64,000 nucleotides of DNA from an uncultured Verrucomicrobiae bacterium. Lineage in GTDB: Bacteria; Verrucomicrobiota; Verrucomicrobiia; Limisphaerales; JAFGQR01. The position numbers and the translations under genes are program-made. Numbering within the stretch: position 1 is the first letter of the stretch; each line of letters begins with the position of its first letter. Below the pieces are notes generated by a model, which was not told the DNA's origin, did no database searches, and was given only the letters and a program-made list of their open reading frames with translations. The stretch spans positions 1 to 64,000 of the forward strand of contig CAWBHS010000027.1 of the NCBI GenBank assembly GCA_963788655.1, given 5' to 3'. Shown one piece after another: positions 53,216-64,000 of the stretch.

Positions 53216-53643
53216 CGCGCGTGGGCCTTGAAGGCCATCTTTACCATTCTGTTCAAACCATAATTGCAACCTGCCCGACGAGTCAAGAATCAAGCTGACA
53301 GTATTTTCAACAAAAAAGTGACTTCGATTAAGAATTCCTCGCCCGATGATCCTTGCTCAGAACGGCTGGCAGTAATTTGCAAAAGATTGTTCCACAAGCA
53401 CTTCCAAAGTGCGTCCAGGGAGCCTTGAAATTCACCGACGCGCGCAAGTAGAAGTAAACCAACACGTTACTGTTTGCCCTCCTTATCCAAGCATGAATAT
53501 GGAATGCGTCGGTGCAGCAGTGCCGGAACGCCAACATCCTGGACCAAGGAATCGTGCCCCCCCCGGCCGAGCCGATCAGAATGTCGGCGCTCGGCGCGCT
53601 CCCTGAGTTGTGACGTTGCCGGGGTGGGATCGGTGCGGGTTGA

Positions 53644-54879
53644 TCAAGACCGCCAAGGCAAACCGCGGTCAGGCTTAATCAATTTGCCGCCGGCGAGAAT
53701 CTGGAATCGTTCTCCCCGCCATACGACTCGATTGCCAATGAAGGCCAGTCCCCAAATCAAGAATTGGAGCAGGTCTTTAATCGGGACCAACCCGAAATAC
53801 CGGACATGGGCTGACGAACGGGTCAACCGAGCTTCAAGGTGCAGCGCGGTCAAGATGCGCACCAGCAGACAGACTCCCAGCCCGAGCGCCAACCAACTAC
53901 CGGCTACCGGCTGCGAGAGAACCTCCACAGACGCGCGCTGAAACTGCAGGAAATTCGGCCAATGGAACGGGTAAGTTTGGCCCACCGCCCACCAAGCCAG
54001 TGGCCAGATGGTGCCGTTGCTCAAGATGCTGAAGAAATAGGGAACGGGCTGACAAGCCCGGATCGTTCGAGCCCAGCGGAGTTGATGCGACCAGACCTCC
54101 CGCCACCCCATCGGCACGCTCCGGCACTCGACCACCACCGGGCAAAGTTCGATGCATGCGCCGGTGGCGGCGACGCGCTGCCCTAGTTGATAATCGTCGG
54201 CCAGGTAATCGACCAGGCTGGCGAAGCCGCCGATGGGTTTGAGTTGGGTCTGGGTGGTAGCCATCACCGCGCCCAGCGCAAAGTCCAATGGTTTTAGGCT
54301 GCGCGCCTGCAGGACCTGGCTCCAAAAATCAGCATTCACCGCGATGGCCTCCCAGCGCATTGCCACGTTGGCGGGATTGGCAATCTGATAGAAGCAATTG
54401 ACCAGCCCCACCTTGCTGTCCGCCAACGGCGAAACCACCTGGCGCAACAAGTCTGTTGGCACCCACACGTCGGCGTCGCTGATAACCAAGGTTTCGTGTT
54501 TGATCAGCGGTTCCAGTTGAATCAGCGTGGACACCTTGGCATTGGGTCCAAGCGGCTCAGGACAGACGACCAATTGCGCGTCAGCTTCCGGATAGCGGGT
54601 TAGAAGCTGGCGGACGAGATCGCCGACCGGATCTTGCGCCGAGGCAACTCCGAACAGGAATTGCACGGGCGCGGGATACGTCTGCTTCAACCAACTTTCC
54701 AGGCAAGCAGCGGTTTCAGGATCGCAGCCTTTGAGGGGCTTCAACACCGTCACCGGCGGAGCGGCAGCAAGTTCTTCGTCGCGGTGGTGCAGGCGAAATC
54801 GCCAGGTTACCGTCCATTGCCACAATCCTAGTCCCAGACTAAGCAGGGCCAGGAAGGTCAGCGGAAGGGTCAAGAACAT
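53644..54879 (-). CDS. HpnI-like/ceramide glucosyltransferase (GT2/GT21)
   Basis: LKPLKG, GPNAKVSTL, ISDAD, YLADDYQLG, QLRWARTIR. Confidence 0.88.
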   Translation of the reverse strand: MFLTLPLTFLALLSLGLGLWQWTVTWRFRLHHRDEELAAAPPVTVLKPLKGCDPETAACLESWLKQTYPAPVQFLFGVASAQDPVGDLVRQLLTRYPEADAQLVVCPEPLGPNAKVSTLIQLEPLIKHETLVISDADVWVPTDLLRQVVSPLADSKVGLVNCFYQIANPANVAMRWEAIAVNADFWSQVLQARSLKPLDFALGAVMATTQTQLKPIGGFASLVDYLADDYQLGQRVAATGACIELCPVVVECRSVPMGWREVWSHQLRWARTIRACQPVPYFFSILSNGTIWPLAWWAVGQTYPFHWPNFLQFQRASVEVLSQPVAGSWLALGLGVCLLVRILTALHLEARLTRSSAHVRYFGLVPIKDLLQFLIWGLAFIGNRVVWRGERFQILAGGKLIKPDRGLPWRS

Positions 54880-54944
54880 GAGAGCATTTCAACAAATGGT
54901 CGCCGATAGGTTAGTCCGGAGTCGCATGGTTCCCTCGGTTCGTA

Positions 54945-56164
54945 CTACAGTTGGTCCACAGTAATAACGCGCAGGATTTCTTCCAACGTCGTCTGGCCCG
55001 CAAAGACGCGTTGGAGACCGTTCTGCCACATCGTTTGCATGCCTTGCTGGATGGCCACTTGCTGGAGTTGGCGGGTGGGGAGTTTTTGCAGCACCGCATC
55101 CCGAAACACTTCGTTGACGACCAATAGTTCGGTGACTGCGGTTCGTTCGGCGAAGCCGGTCCGCACGCACCCCGGGCAACCGACGCCGCGCTTGAATTCC
55201 ACGCCAGCAGGCAATTCTTCTCCGAGGCAGACTCAACAGGTTTGGATCCGGTAAATACGCTTCGAGGCAATGGGGGCAGTTCTGGCGGATCAAACGAATG
55301 CCGAGCACCCCAATGATGCTGGAAGCCAGCAGGAAGGGCTCGATTTCCATGTTGATCAACCGGGCAAAGACACCGGCCGCAATTCCGCTGTGAATGGTGC
55401 TGATGATCAAGTGACCCGTCAGGCCAGCTTGCACCGCAATGTTGGCCGTCTCCGGATCCCGGATTTCGCCCACCATGATCACTTGCGGATCCTGGCGCAT
55501 CAAGCGAACGCAGCGCCTTGGCGTAAGTAAAATCCTGCGCCAAGTTGATCTGCGATTGACTGACCATGGGCAGGTTATACTCAACCGGATCCTCCACGGT
55601 GCTCACGCTGATCGCTGGCCCGGCATTGTGAACGATGTGGGTCAGGGCGGCGTAAATGGCCGTGGTTTTTCCCGATCCCGTCGGACCGGTCAGGAGCAGT
55701 AATCCGCTCGGGTGGGCCAGCAACTTCGACAACGTTTGATGCGTGGTCACGTCCAGACCCAGTTGCGCCAGATCGAAGCTACGGTTGGTCGGATCAAACA
55801 AACGAACCACGATCTTTTCACCGCGCACCGTGGGAAAAACCGAAACCCGCAATTCGACGCCGCCAAGTTCCGGCCCCACGGAAGCATGTCCTTCCTGCGG
55901 CAAGCCGGTCTGGTAACTGACCAGGTTGGCAATGACCTTGAACCGACCCGCAACCTTGTCCAGGAGTTCCAGGGGCAGATGCACCAATTCGGTCAAGACA
56001 CCGTTCAAGCGAATGCGGACGACAATCGAGCTCTCCCACGCCTCGATATGTATGTCGCTGGCCCCTGCCGTGATGGCATCGGCCAGCAGACAGTTCACCA
56101 GCACACCAATCTCAATCGCGTGTTCCGCGGATTCGGATTGCAGATACTGGAGCGTTTGGTTCAT
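54945..56164 (-). CDS. GspE/PilB-family secretion ATPase, core only (frameshifts)
   Basis: ASDIHIE, TGPTGSGKTT, TVEDPVE, RQDPQVIMVGEIRD, TGHLIISTIH, CPHC/CPGC. Confidence 0.9.
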
Positions 56165-56445
56165 GGCCGGCGATGGCGGGGCCACGGTAAGATTGGCTGA
56201 AGAATTAAAAAGTTGAAGGGGTGAAGCGGTAAAAACGTTGTGCGGTGTTCGCAAACCTTGAAAGACAGCCTTGGCGACGAGGCTCCGGACGCAGCGCGAG
56301 AACGAGCCGTTACTGAAAAGTGACTCGCCCTCGAATCTGCCCAAGCCTCATTCGTCCATCCACACGTATCCATTTGTGCCACTATCTCACAAAAACTGTG
56401 CAACCACGGCCACGCACCAGCCCTTCAACCATTCAACTCGTCCCG

Positions 56446-57486
56446 TCACCTCTTGCCCTCGCCGTCCAGTTCGCGGAGGCGGATTTCCAATTGCTTGACG
56501 CGACGCATCAATTCCGGCAAGTGCTGCACCGCCAGAACTTGGCGCTTCGCCGGGCGATCCGATTGCGCGGGGATACCGAACCATTTCTCGCCGTCAGGAA
56601 TGCTGTGCATGACCCCGGACTTGGCGGCGATGGTCACTCGACTGCCAATTTTCAAATGGCCCGCCAATCCCACCTGGCCCGCCAGCGTCACATAGTCGCC
56701 CAGCGTAGTGCTGCCGGCGATGCCGACCTGTGAAACGATGATGCAATGCTCACCGATGGTGACGTTGTGGGCGATCATTACCAGGTTGTCGATCTTGGTG
56801 CCCTTGCCGATTACGGTCGAACCCAGCGCGCCGCGATCCACCGTCACATTCGCGCCGATCTCGACGTCGTCATGCACGACGACGTTGCCGACTTGCGGCA
56901 CTTTAACGTGGCGGCCTTGGTCAAACACATAGCCAAACCCGTCGGAGCCCAACACCGATCCGGCATGGATGCACACTCGGTTGCCCACCTGAGTACGGGC
57001 GTACAGGACGACGTTGGGAAACAGGTGCGTGTCCGCCCCCAGCCGGCAATCTTCACCGAGGTGATTGCCGCCTTCCAAAATACAGCGTGGCCCGATCTCG
57101 ACTCCCGCGCCGATCACGCAAAACGAACCGATGCACGCGGTCGGATCAATCTTCGCGCCGGCATCCACCACCGCGGACGGATGCACACCCGGCGCAAAAC
57201 TTGGTTCCGGAAAAAACAATGGCAGCACCTGGGCAAAAGCCACCCGCGCGTTGGGCACGCGAATGAGCGTTTTCTTAACGGAACTGAAATCGCCGGCCAC
57301 CAAAATGGCCGAAGCGGCGCTTGCCTCCGCGAGGGCAAAGTAACTCTCGTTCTCGGCAAAGGTCAGATCGCCCGGTTGGCTGGTATCGGCAGGCGAAAAG
57401 CCCGTCAATTTCACCGTCCCGTCGCCCACGACTTTCCCTCCCAGTTTTTCAGCAATTCCTGCGGCAGTGTATGGCATAAGGTTCAT
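56446..57486 (-). CDS. lpxD: UDP-3-O-acylglucosamine N-acyltransferase
   Basis: Hexapeptide repeats; GSDGFGY, VPQVGNV, DRGALGST, KIDNLVMIAHN. Confidence 0.96.
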   Translation of the reverse strand: MNLMPYTAAGIAEKLGGKVVGDGTVKLTGFSPADTSQPGDLTFAENESYFALAEASAASAILVAGDFSSVKKTLIRVPNARVAFAQVLPLFFPEPSFAPGVHPSAVVDAGAKIDPTACIGSFCVIGAGVEIGPRCILEGGNHLGEDCRLGADTHLFPNVVLYARTQVGNRVCIHAGSVLGSDGFGYVFDQGRHVKVPQVGNVVVHDDVEIGANVTVDRGALGSTVIGKGTKIDNLVMIAHNVTIGEHCIIVSQVGIAGSTTLGDYVTLAGQVGLAGHLKIGSRVTIAAKSGVMHSIPDGEKWFGIPAQSDRPAKRQVLAVQHLPELMRRVKQLEIRLRELDGEGKR

Positions 57487-57585
57487 TCCGATTCAGGTAA
57501 AACTTGAAAGCTATGGACGTTGGCTAACCAGTCACCGCTCTTCACCCCAACCGGCTCCTCCCAGCGACTTGTTGCTGCCATTCCA

Positions 57586-57948
57586 TCAAACGCCGCGTTC
57601 GGTGATGACGACGTTCTTTTCACCCAGCACGATGACGTGGGGCTGCCAGGTTCTGGCGGCCACTTCCTCCACCTCGGTGTAGCTCATGATCGTGAGCAAA
57701 TCCCCGGCCCGGCCCAAGCGGGCGGTGGCGCCGTTGAGCACAATGGCAGCGGAACCCCGTTCGCCCGGGATGGCGTAAGTTTCGAAACGGGCGCCATTCG
57801 CCATGTTTCCGCACAGAATTCGCTCATAAGGAAACAGGCCGACCCGGCTCATGAAGTCGGCATCAATCGTCAGGCTGCCTTCGTAGTTCACATTGGCAGC
57901 CGTCACGCGCGCCCGATGGATTTTAGATTTCAGTAAATGGACCAACAT
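57586..57948 (-). CDS. panD: Aspartate 1-decarboxylase
   Basis: KSKIHRARVT, YEGSLTID, NGARFETY, LNGATAR. Confidence 0.97.
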   Translation of the reverse strand: MLVHLLKSKIHRARVTAANVNYEGSLTIDADFMSRVGLFPYERILCGNMANGARFETYAIPGERGSAAIVLNGATARLGRAGDLLTIMSYTEVEEVAARTWQPHVIVLGEKNVVITERGV

Positions 57949-58420
57949 AAGGGTCAAGTCGCCGGCGACTCGTTGTCGGGACGAATAATAAGTTCAATAG
58001 CCGCCAATTCAACACCTTCTTTTTCCGCCACGTGCGGCCGGCATCTTGCCGGCGGTTTGGCACGACGGGTCCGAGTAAATGACCACTGTTCAATAGCCCA
58101 AGGGCCAATACCCATCACCAACGGGCGGGCGATGCGATGATTGGTTGGGCATTCGGGAGGTGGTCATTCTCTGGGCGTTGGTCATTGGCAATTGATCATT
58201 TCTTCCCCCCGGCCAGTTCCTTCGGTCGCCGCGCTTGCATTCGGTTCTGTCGGCGGGACGCCGGTAACACGCTGCCCCATCCCTTGTCCACCCTCGCACA
58301 AAAACGCTTGAACCAACCCAGCTTTGCTTTAGTCTCCCCGCCCAGAATTCATCGACCGGGAAAACCCGACAGGGTTTCCATGGAACAAACGAATATTGAA
58401 TCAGCTAAACAACAGAATCT

Positions 58421-59611
58421 ATGTCCAATAAACCTCTCAATGTCGGTCTGGTCGGCGGTGGCAAAGGCGCTTTCATCGTTCACCCCCATCAAAAAGCTAT
58501 TCATTTTGACGGTACCCGTCGCGTCACGGCGGGCGCGTTGTTCCCCGATCCCAAGATCGCCCTCGAGGAAGCCGCCAACTGGCCCTACCCCATCAAGGGT
58601 TACGGTTCCTACGACGAAATGATCGGCGCCCAGGCCAGCCTGCCCGCGGACGAAAAACTCGATTACATCCTCATCGTCACGCCCAACTTCGTGCATTTCG
58701 ATCCGGCCATGAAGGCGTTGGACGCCGGCATTCCCGTGTTCTGCGAGAAGCCGCTGACCGTTACCCTCGAGGAAGCTGAAAAAATCGTGAAGAAGGTCAA
58801 GGAGAAGAAAATCCCCTTTGGGGTGGCGCACACGTATCTTGGCCATTGGACCAGCCGGTTCAGCCGGTACATCGTGCGCGCCGGCTTGCTGGGCGAGGTC
58901 CGCTGGGTGGACGCCTATTATATTCAGGGCTGGCTGGCCACCAAACTCGAAGACACCGGCCAGCAACAGGCCTCCTGGCGCGTCGATCCCAAGAAAGCCG
59001 GCGGCTCGGGTTGCGGTGGCGACATTGGCACGCACGCACTCATGCAGCTTCGCTATGTGACCGGACTGGAAGTCGAAGAACTTTCGGCGAACCTGGAAGT
59101 CTTCGTGAAGGGCCGCCCGATTGACGACCATTTCACGGCCTATTGTCACCTGAACAACGGCGCGCGCGCGCTGGTCCGCGCCTCGCAAATTGCCGTCGGC
59201 CATTTGAACGACCTCGGCATGGAAGTTAACGGCACCAAGGGCACCTTGCGCTGGCGACAGGAAGATCCGGAAGTGGTCACCATTTCATTGATGGGCCAAC
59301 CGGATCGCGTTTATTACCGCGGCGCCGTTGCACCGGGCGATGGTTTCCTGCCCCAGGACGTGCCCGCCGACCTCATGGCCGAACCGACCGTCCCAGCGGG
59401 GCACCCCGAGGCGTTCCACGATGCGTTTGCGCGCCTGCACCGTTGCTTCGAGGCGGACGTGCGCAAATACAAGGCCGGGCAGCCGTTCGCATGCGACGGG
59501 TCGAAATACGCCAACGTCGAAGACGGCTGGATGGGCATGGCCTTCATCCAGACGGCCGTCGAATCCAGCTCGAAGAAAGGCACGTGGACACCGATGCCCA
59601 AGCTGGGCTAA
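58421..59611 (+). CDS. Gfo/Idh/MocA family oxidoreductase
   Basis: [31 protein letters not shown]. Confidence 0.93.
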   Translation: MSNKPLNVGLVGGGKGAFIVHPHQKAIHFDGTRRVTAGALFPDPKIALEEAANWPYPIKGYGSYDEMIGAQASLPADEKLDYILIVTPNFVHFDPAMKALDAGIPVFCEKPLTVTLEEAEKIVKKVKEKKIPFGVAHTYLGHWTSRFSRYIVRAGLLGEVRWVDAYYIQGWLATKLEDTGQQQASWRVDPKKAGGSGCGGDIGTHALMQLRYVTGLEVEELSANLEVFVKGRPIDDHFTAYCHLNNGARALVRASQIAVGHLNDLGMEVNGTKGTLRWRQEDPEVVTISLMGQPDRVYYRGAVAPGDGFLPQDVPADLMAEPTVPAGHPEAFHDAFARLHRCFEADVRKYKAGQPFACDGSKYANVEDGWMGMAFIQTAVESSSKKGTWTPMPKLG

Positions 59612-59743
59612 GACCTCGGAGTGGAGAATGACGCGTGGAAACGTGCGCTTTCAACTCTGGCGGAATTACACCTTAAACGCCTCAATTCAATGGCAGCAGG
59701 GCGGCGCCGTGGTGCCGCCCTGTTCTTTTGGAACAACGCCAGA

Positions 59744-59896
59744 CTAGAACAACGGATACAGCAACGGTGCCAACGGCGAAGACGCGCTGAAGACCAGGAA
59801 GAGGCCAAGGAGCAACAGGAGAACCACCAGCGGCACCAGCCACCATTTCTTTTCCTGTCGCAGGAATAGCAGAAACTCTTTGAAGATTTCCCACAT
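59744..59896 (-). CDS. Small membrane protein, DUF5989-like
   Basis: MWEIFKEFLLFLRQEKKWWLVPLVVLLLLLGLFLVFSASSPLAPLLYPLF (read directly). Confidence 0.75.
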   Translation of the reverse strand: MWEIFKEFLLFLRQEKKWWLVPLVVLLLLLGLFLVFSASSPLAPLLYPLF

Positions 59897-60199
59897 GCGT
59901 TGCCGGGATTCGTAGCCGATTGTAGGAGCAATGGCAAATGGAAAGGAGGGGGAGCCGGGATGTTAAGATGCTGGATGCCGGATGCCAGATAGCTGAAGGT
60001 GAATGCTCGTTCATGAGTGGGGCTGTGAAGGTGGCTGGCTCCCGCGGGAAATGATTGACTTCGGAAAGGCGATGCGGAATCAAGGGCTATGATCGGTCGC
60101 CTTTCGTGACTTGCCTGATGCTGGGGTTATTCCAGCGCTTCCACCCTCTTCGCGGACCCGCCACCACACGGCAGTTTGATCGATCCCGGATTCGAAGCC

Positions 60200-60792
60200 G
60201 CGAAACTGACCGACCCGTGGCGGACCTGGATCTACCATGACGGCACCGCGCTGCTCATTTGCTTCGATACGCCGATCGCGTCGCAGGGAAAACAACCACG
60301 CCTGGTCGGAGGATTGACCCGGCGGACATGGCCGTTGGCCAAGTGATCGCCCTGCCCCCGGCCTCCGGCTGACGGGCCAAGTGCCGCGTGAAAACCGAGA
60401 AACTCACTGCGGGTGGTCGCACCGACATCGGCAGCGCGCTGCACATTCAGACAACCAATGGAGCGACGCTGGCGCGCGGGCCGAGCACGTTTGGCACGCC
60501 ACCGTGGAAGCAGACTGAAGCGGTTTTCCGGGTTCCTTCAGAAGGGCGGGTCAACGTGGTGCTCTTCTTCATTGGCTATGGCCAAGGCACCGGCAAAGTC
60601 TGGTTCGACGACGTGCGACTGGAGCAAATCCGCGCCGCTGGCCATCCGGAAATTGAGATCACAGCCGAGCACCTCACTCAACGATCCATCGACGCTAAGC
60701 AAGGCGGCCAATTCATCGAACCGCTCTGCGGCCTGATTCCGCGCGAAGCTGCGTTCAACCGCGCATTTCAAGTCGGGCGTCTGCGCGGCTGA
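60200..60792 (+). pseudogene. Fragment of a carbohydrate-binding module / glycosidase
   Basis: GYGQGTGKVWFDDVRLE CBM-like motif followed by a truncated GQFIEPL. Confidence 0.5.
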
Positions 60793-60844
60793 GGGTAACG
60801 GCGCGCCAATTGCACTTGAATGCTGCGCGGCAGCCGCCATCCAA

Positions 60845-62026
60845 TCAGTACACGTCCCGCAAGTAGCGCTTTTCGGCTTTCATCAGTGTCTGGTTCACGT
60901 ATTCGGCGGCGCCTTCGGGAGTCATGCCGCCTTGTTCCTGGGCAATTTCAATCAGGGCTTGATGCACGTCCTTGGCCATGCGCCGGGCATCACCGCAGAC
61001 GTAAAAGCAGGCGCCGTTTTGAAGCCAGGACCAGAATTCCTTGGCGTTCTCTTTCAAACGGTGCTGCACATAAATCTTTTCCGTTTGATCACGCGAAAAC
61101 GCCAAATCCAACCGGTGCAGGGCGCCGGACTTGTGGTAGTTCAGCCATTCGTTGCCGTACAGGAAATCGCAGGACTGGCGTTGTTCACCGAAAATCAGCC
61201 AGTGCCGGCCCGTGGCGCCACGATGCACCCGTTCCTGGAGGAACGCCCGGTAAGGGGCGATCCCCGTTCCGGCGCCCAGCATGATTATGTCGGTGGCACC
61301 ATCTTCGGGTAGCCGAAACGTTTTGGACGGTTGCACGTACACGGGGATGTTGGGCAGGCGGATGTTGCTGTGATCGGCAAAAAAGCCGGAACAGAACCCA
61401 GTCTTTTGCCGTCCGTGCGTTTCGTAGCGCACGACGGCAATGCACAGGTGAACTTCGTTCGGGTACAGCGTTTGCGAGGAGGCGATGGAATAGAGCCGGG
61501 GGGTCACCGGCGACAATTGCGCCAGAAAAGCCTGGGGCGATTCAAACCGGGCTTCATCGAACTCCCGCAAAATGTCCACATAATCACGGGAGAAAATGTA
61601 TTCCCCCATCAGCGTTTCGGTGTCCACGAGTTCCATCAACCGATTGCGCTGCTCGCCTTGGGGAATGATCGCGCTGAGGCCGAACATGATTTTGCGATTG
61701 GCCCGATTCAACACGTAATTGTGCAACAGGGCCTCGCGGAACGGCACCGTCTGGCCTTCCGGATTGGTGACCGACGCCTGGGGAGCGAAACCCAATTCCT
61801 GGATCAGTTCGTCCACCAACGGCGGCGCATTATTGGCGAAGGCTCCCAGGGAATCGCCCGGTTGGTACGTGAGCCCACTGGCCGAGATGTTCAACACAAA
61901 GTGCCGGGTATCCTTCTCCGAACCCTCGCTCGTCAACAAGCGATGCTCGGTCAGGTGCGCCATAAACGGGTTCTTTCGCGAATAAGTCATTTGCGGTTTC
62001 AAGGGTGCCATCGGTTTGTCTGTCAT
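60845..62026 (-). CDS. Sulfite reductase flavoprotein-like (FAD/NADPH domains only)
   Basis: YSRKNPF, PRLYSIASS, GAGTGIAPYRAF, LDLAFSRDQ, YVCGDARRMAKDV, RYLRDVY. Confidence 0.9.
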   Translation of the reverse strand: MTDKPMAPLKPQMTYSRKNPFMAHLTEHRLLTSEGSEKDTRHFVLNISASGLTYQPGDSLGAFANNAPPLVDELIQELGFAPQASVTNPEGQTVPFREALLHNYVLNRANRKIMFGLSAIIPQGEQRNRLMELVDTETLMGEYIFSRDYVDILREFDEARFESPQAFLAQLSPVTPRLYSIASSQTLYPNEVHLCIAVVRYETHGRQKTGFCSGFFADHSNIRLPNIPVYVQPSKTFRLPEDGATDIIMLGAGTGIAPYRAFLQERVHRGATGRHWLIFGEQRQSCDFLYGNEWLNYHKSGALHRLDLAFSRDQTEKIYVQHRLKENAKEFWSWLQNGACFYVCGDARRMAKDVHQALIEIAQEQGGMTPEGAAEYVNQTLMKAEKRYLRDVY

Positions 62027-62324
62027 AATTGGTCGCTATCGCAAGAATGACCCAATCTAACGAGTTTTTCCGGGAGCGCAATGCGGCAGAGGTAAAATCC
62101 AAAACGCGGAATCCAAAAGCCAATAGCCAGAACGGCAAAGGGGGGCCTGGACCAGCTTGCGGAGGACAGTCATCCGGCGGAGCGAACCGGTTCGTCCAAG
62201 CACGCGTTCGCGCTTCGGATTAGCCGTATCCAAAATCGCGAAGCCTGGGGTATTACGCCGGCTTGCTTCCGCTTTCGACAGTCTGCGGAATGAACCAACG
62301 GCTGGTTGGTTTTGCGGCGAATGT

Positions 62325-62786
62325 TTAACTCGTGAAACTAACGATTCGTGGTTGGACGAGACGCTCGAAATCGCGGTAGTCCATTTGGATCAGTTCGGTG
62401 TGCGTGCCGGCATTGAAGGCGATCGTGGGTTTCCCGGCCAGGCTGGCTTCGGCATACGTCTCGAGGCCGTACAGATTGCCGAAGGGAGGCATGGCGCCGA
62501 TTTCGCAATCCGGGAACGCATCATTGAACTCCGGTTCCGTGGCAAACTCGACGCGGTCTTCCCCGGTGATTTCCCGCAGATCCTGGATGATCACCTTGCG
62601 CGGCGCCGGCAGAACGGCCATGCACAATCTTCCGTTGATTTTTACCATGACCGTCTTTGCCAGTTCCTTGCCGGAGATGTGGCTGGAAGCCGCGACTTCC
62701 TGGGCGGTGTAGGCGGCGGAATGTTTGACGGTGACGTACTTAATTTGGTTTCGGTCCAAAAATGCTTTCACTTTTGTTGCCGGCAT
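62325..62786 (-). CDS. YbaK/EbsC (aminoacyl-tRNA deacylase) family protein
   Basis: LAKTVMV, FPDCEIGAMPPFG, FNAGTHTE. Confidence 0.92.
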   Translation of the reverse strand: MPATKVKAFLDRNQIKYVTVKHSAAYTAQEVAASSHISGKELAKTVMVKINGRLCMAVLPAPRKVIIQDLREITGEDRVEFATEPEFNDAFPDCEIGAMPPFGNLYGLETYAEASLAGKPTIAFNAGTHTELIQMDYRDFERLVQPRIVSFTS

Positions 62787-63016
62787 ATCGGTCTCCTTCT
62801 CGTTAAAGGTTTCACTGCGAAAACTTCACTCTGAAAACTTAAGCCGCCCACGCCATCCTTCAAGCTCGGCACACCCGATATTTCATCCAGCTACAGGCAA
62901 TGTCCTGAGCGGTTCATGGCCCGCAACTGAATTGGGTCGGCTTGGCCAGCGCTTGGCCCTGAAGTAGAAGAATCCTTTGGCACGACGGGGGTTCTCCCCT
63001 AAGCTAGCCGGAACGT

Positions 63017-63880
63017 ATGCGAGTGATTGGTCATCTGGCGAATGAGCGGAACGCGGCTTTGTTCAGCGATTACCTGGTCGTCCAGGGAATCGCGAATGAA
63101 GTGGAAGCCGATAAAGAAGGCTGGGCGATCTGGATTCATTCGGAAGACGAAATGGAACGAGCCCACGGGCTGTTGCAGCGCTTCCGGACCAACCCGGACG
63201 ATCCCACCGTTCAAAAATACGCCCGCAAGGCCCAACTCCTGAAAGAGCAACATCAGCAGGAAGCCGAAGCCGCCGAAAAACGGCAATACACGCGCCGCCA
63301 GTTGTTTCCCCGGACGAGAGCATACGCGGTTGGCCCGGTGACGGTCAGCCTCATTGTGATTTGTGCGGTGGTGGCGATTCTCTCCGATTTCGGTAAGAAT
63401 GAAGCGGTTCTCCAATACTTGTTCCTCAGCCTGCCGGAAGTCAGCCGGGGTGAAGTGTGGCGCCTGTTGACGCCCATCGTGGTGCATTTCGGGATTCTGC
63501 ACCTGGCGTTCAACATGCTTTGGCTGTTCGACCTGGGCACCATGATCGAACGCTGTCAGGGCACCGGCAAATTCGTGTTGCTGGTGGTGGTCTTGGGAGT
63601 GCTTTCCAACGTCGGGGAATATCTGATGAGCGGACCATTCTTCGGCGGGATGTCCGGAGTGGTTTACGGGCTGTTGGGGTACATCTGGATGAAAGGCAAA
63701 TTTGATCCCCTGTCGGGCTTGATCCTGCATCCGCAAACAGTGGCGATGATGCTGGTTTGGTTCTTCCTCTGTCTGAGCGGCCTGATGGGGCACATTGCGA
63801 ACACCGCTCACGCTGTCGGGCTCGTGCTGGGCATTGTCTGGGGCTACTTGTCCAGTCAACTGGCCAGTCACCGTCGCTAA
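63017..63880 (+). CDS. Rhomboid family intramembrane serine protease (GlpG-like)
   Basis: WRLLTP, HFGILHLAFN, GGMSGVVYG, ANTAHAVG. Confidence 0.93.
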   Translation: MRVIGHLANERNAALFSDYLVVQGIANEVEADKEGWAIWIHSEDEMERAHGLLQRFRTNPDDPTVQKYARKAQLLKEQHQQEAEAAEKRQYTRRQLFPRTRAYAVGPVTVSLIVICAVVAILSDFGKNEAVLQYLFLSLPEVSRGEVWRLLTPIVVHFGILHLAFNMLWLFDLGTMIERCQGTGKFVLLVVVLGVLSNVGEYLMSGPFFGGMSGVVYGLLGYIWMKGKFDPLSGLILHPQTVAMMLVWFFLCLSGLMGHIANTAHAVGLVLGIVWGYLSSQLASHRR

Positions 63881-64000
63881 TCGGGGCCGCAGGCCAGCCC
63901 TTCTTCCGGGCTGCTCAGTTTAGCAACTCCGTTGGCCTTGGTTGTGCTTGTCTGCCTTCGGAAGGGCGAATTGAAACTCGTCCTCGCGAAGTCTTGATTT

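Overview
GC-rich bacterial window, most likely Verrucomicrobiota (inferred from gene content and repeat families). Many single-base frameshifts in essential genes point to long-read consensus error. 1-12.9 kb is the nuoF-N part of the complex I operon, interrupted by a Uma2 gene, two small genes and REP-like palindromes. 12.9-16.2 kb holds transposase remnants, a toxin-antitoxin pair and MITEs. 16.2-23.9 kb is an integron cassette array with an attI-like site and nine attC sites, but no intI in the window. The main finding is an IS110-family element inserted in the seventh attC. Its upstream non-coding end folds into a readable bridge RNA whose guides match the attC target and the element's own circle junction, and circularisation would create a sigma70-like promoter. 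Further along are degP, rnpB, SRAP, a MAD3/MAD4-like ATPase pair beside tRNA-Ser(CGA), glycoside hydrolases, a vapBC pair, rsmA and an apparently stand-alone bacterial STING-domain gene with no CBASS context. The window ends with nusA-infB-rbfA-nrnA-truB-ribF, lpxD, panD and other housekeeping genes.
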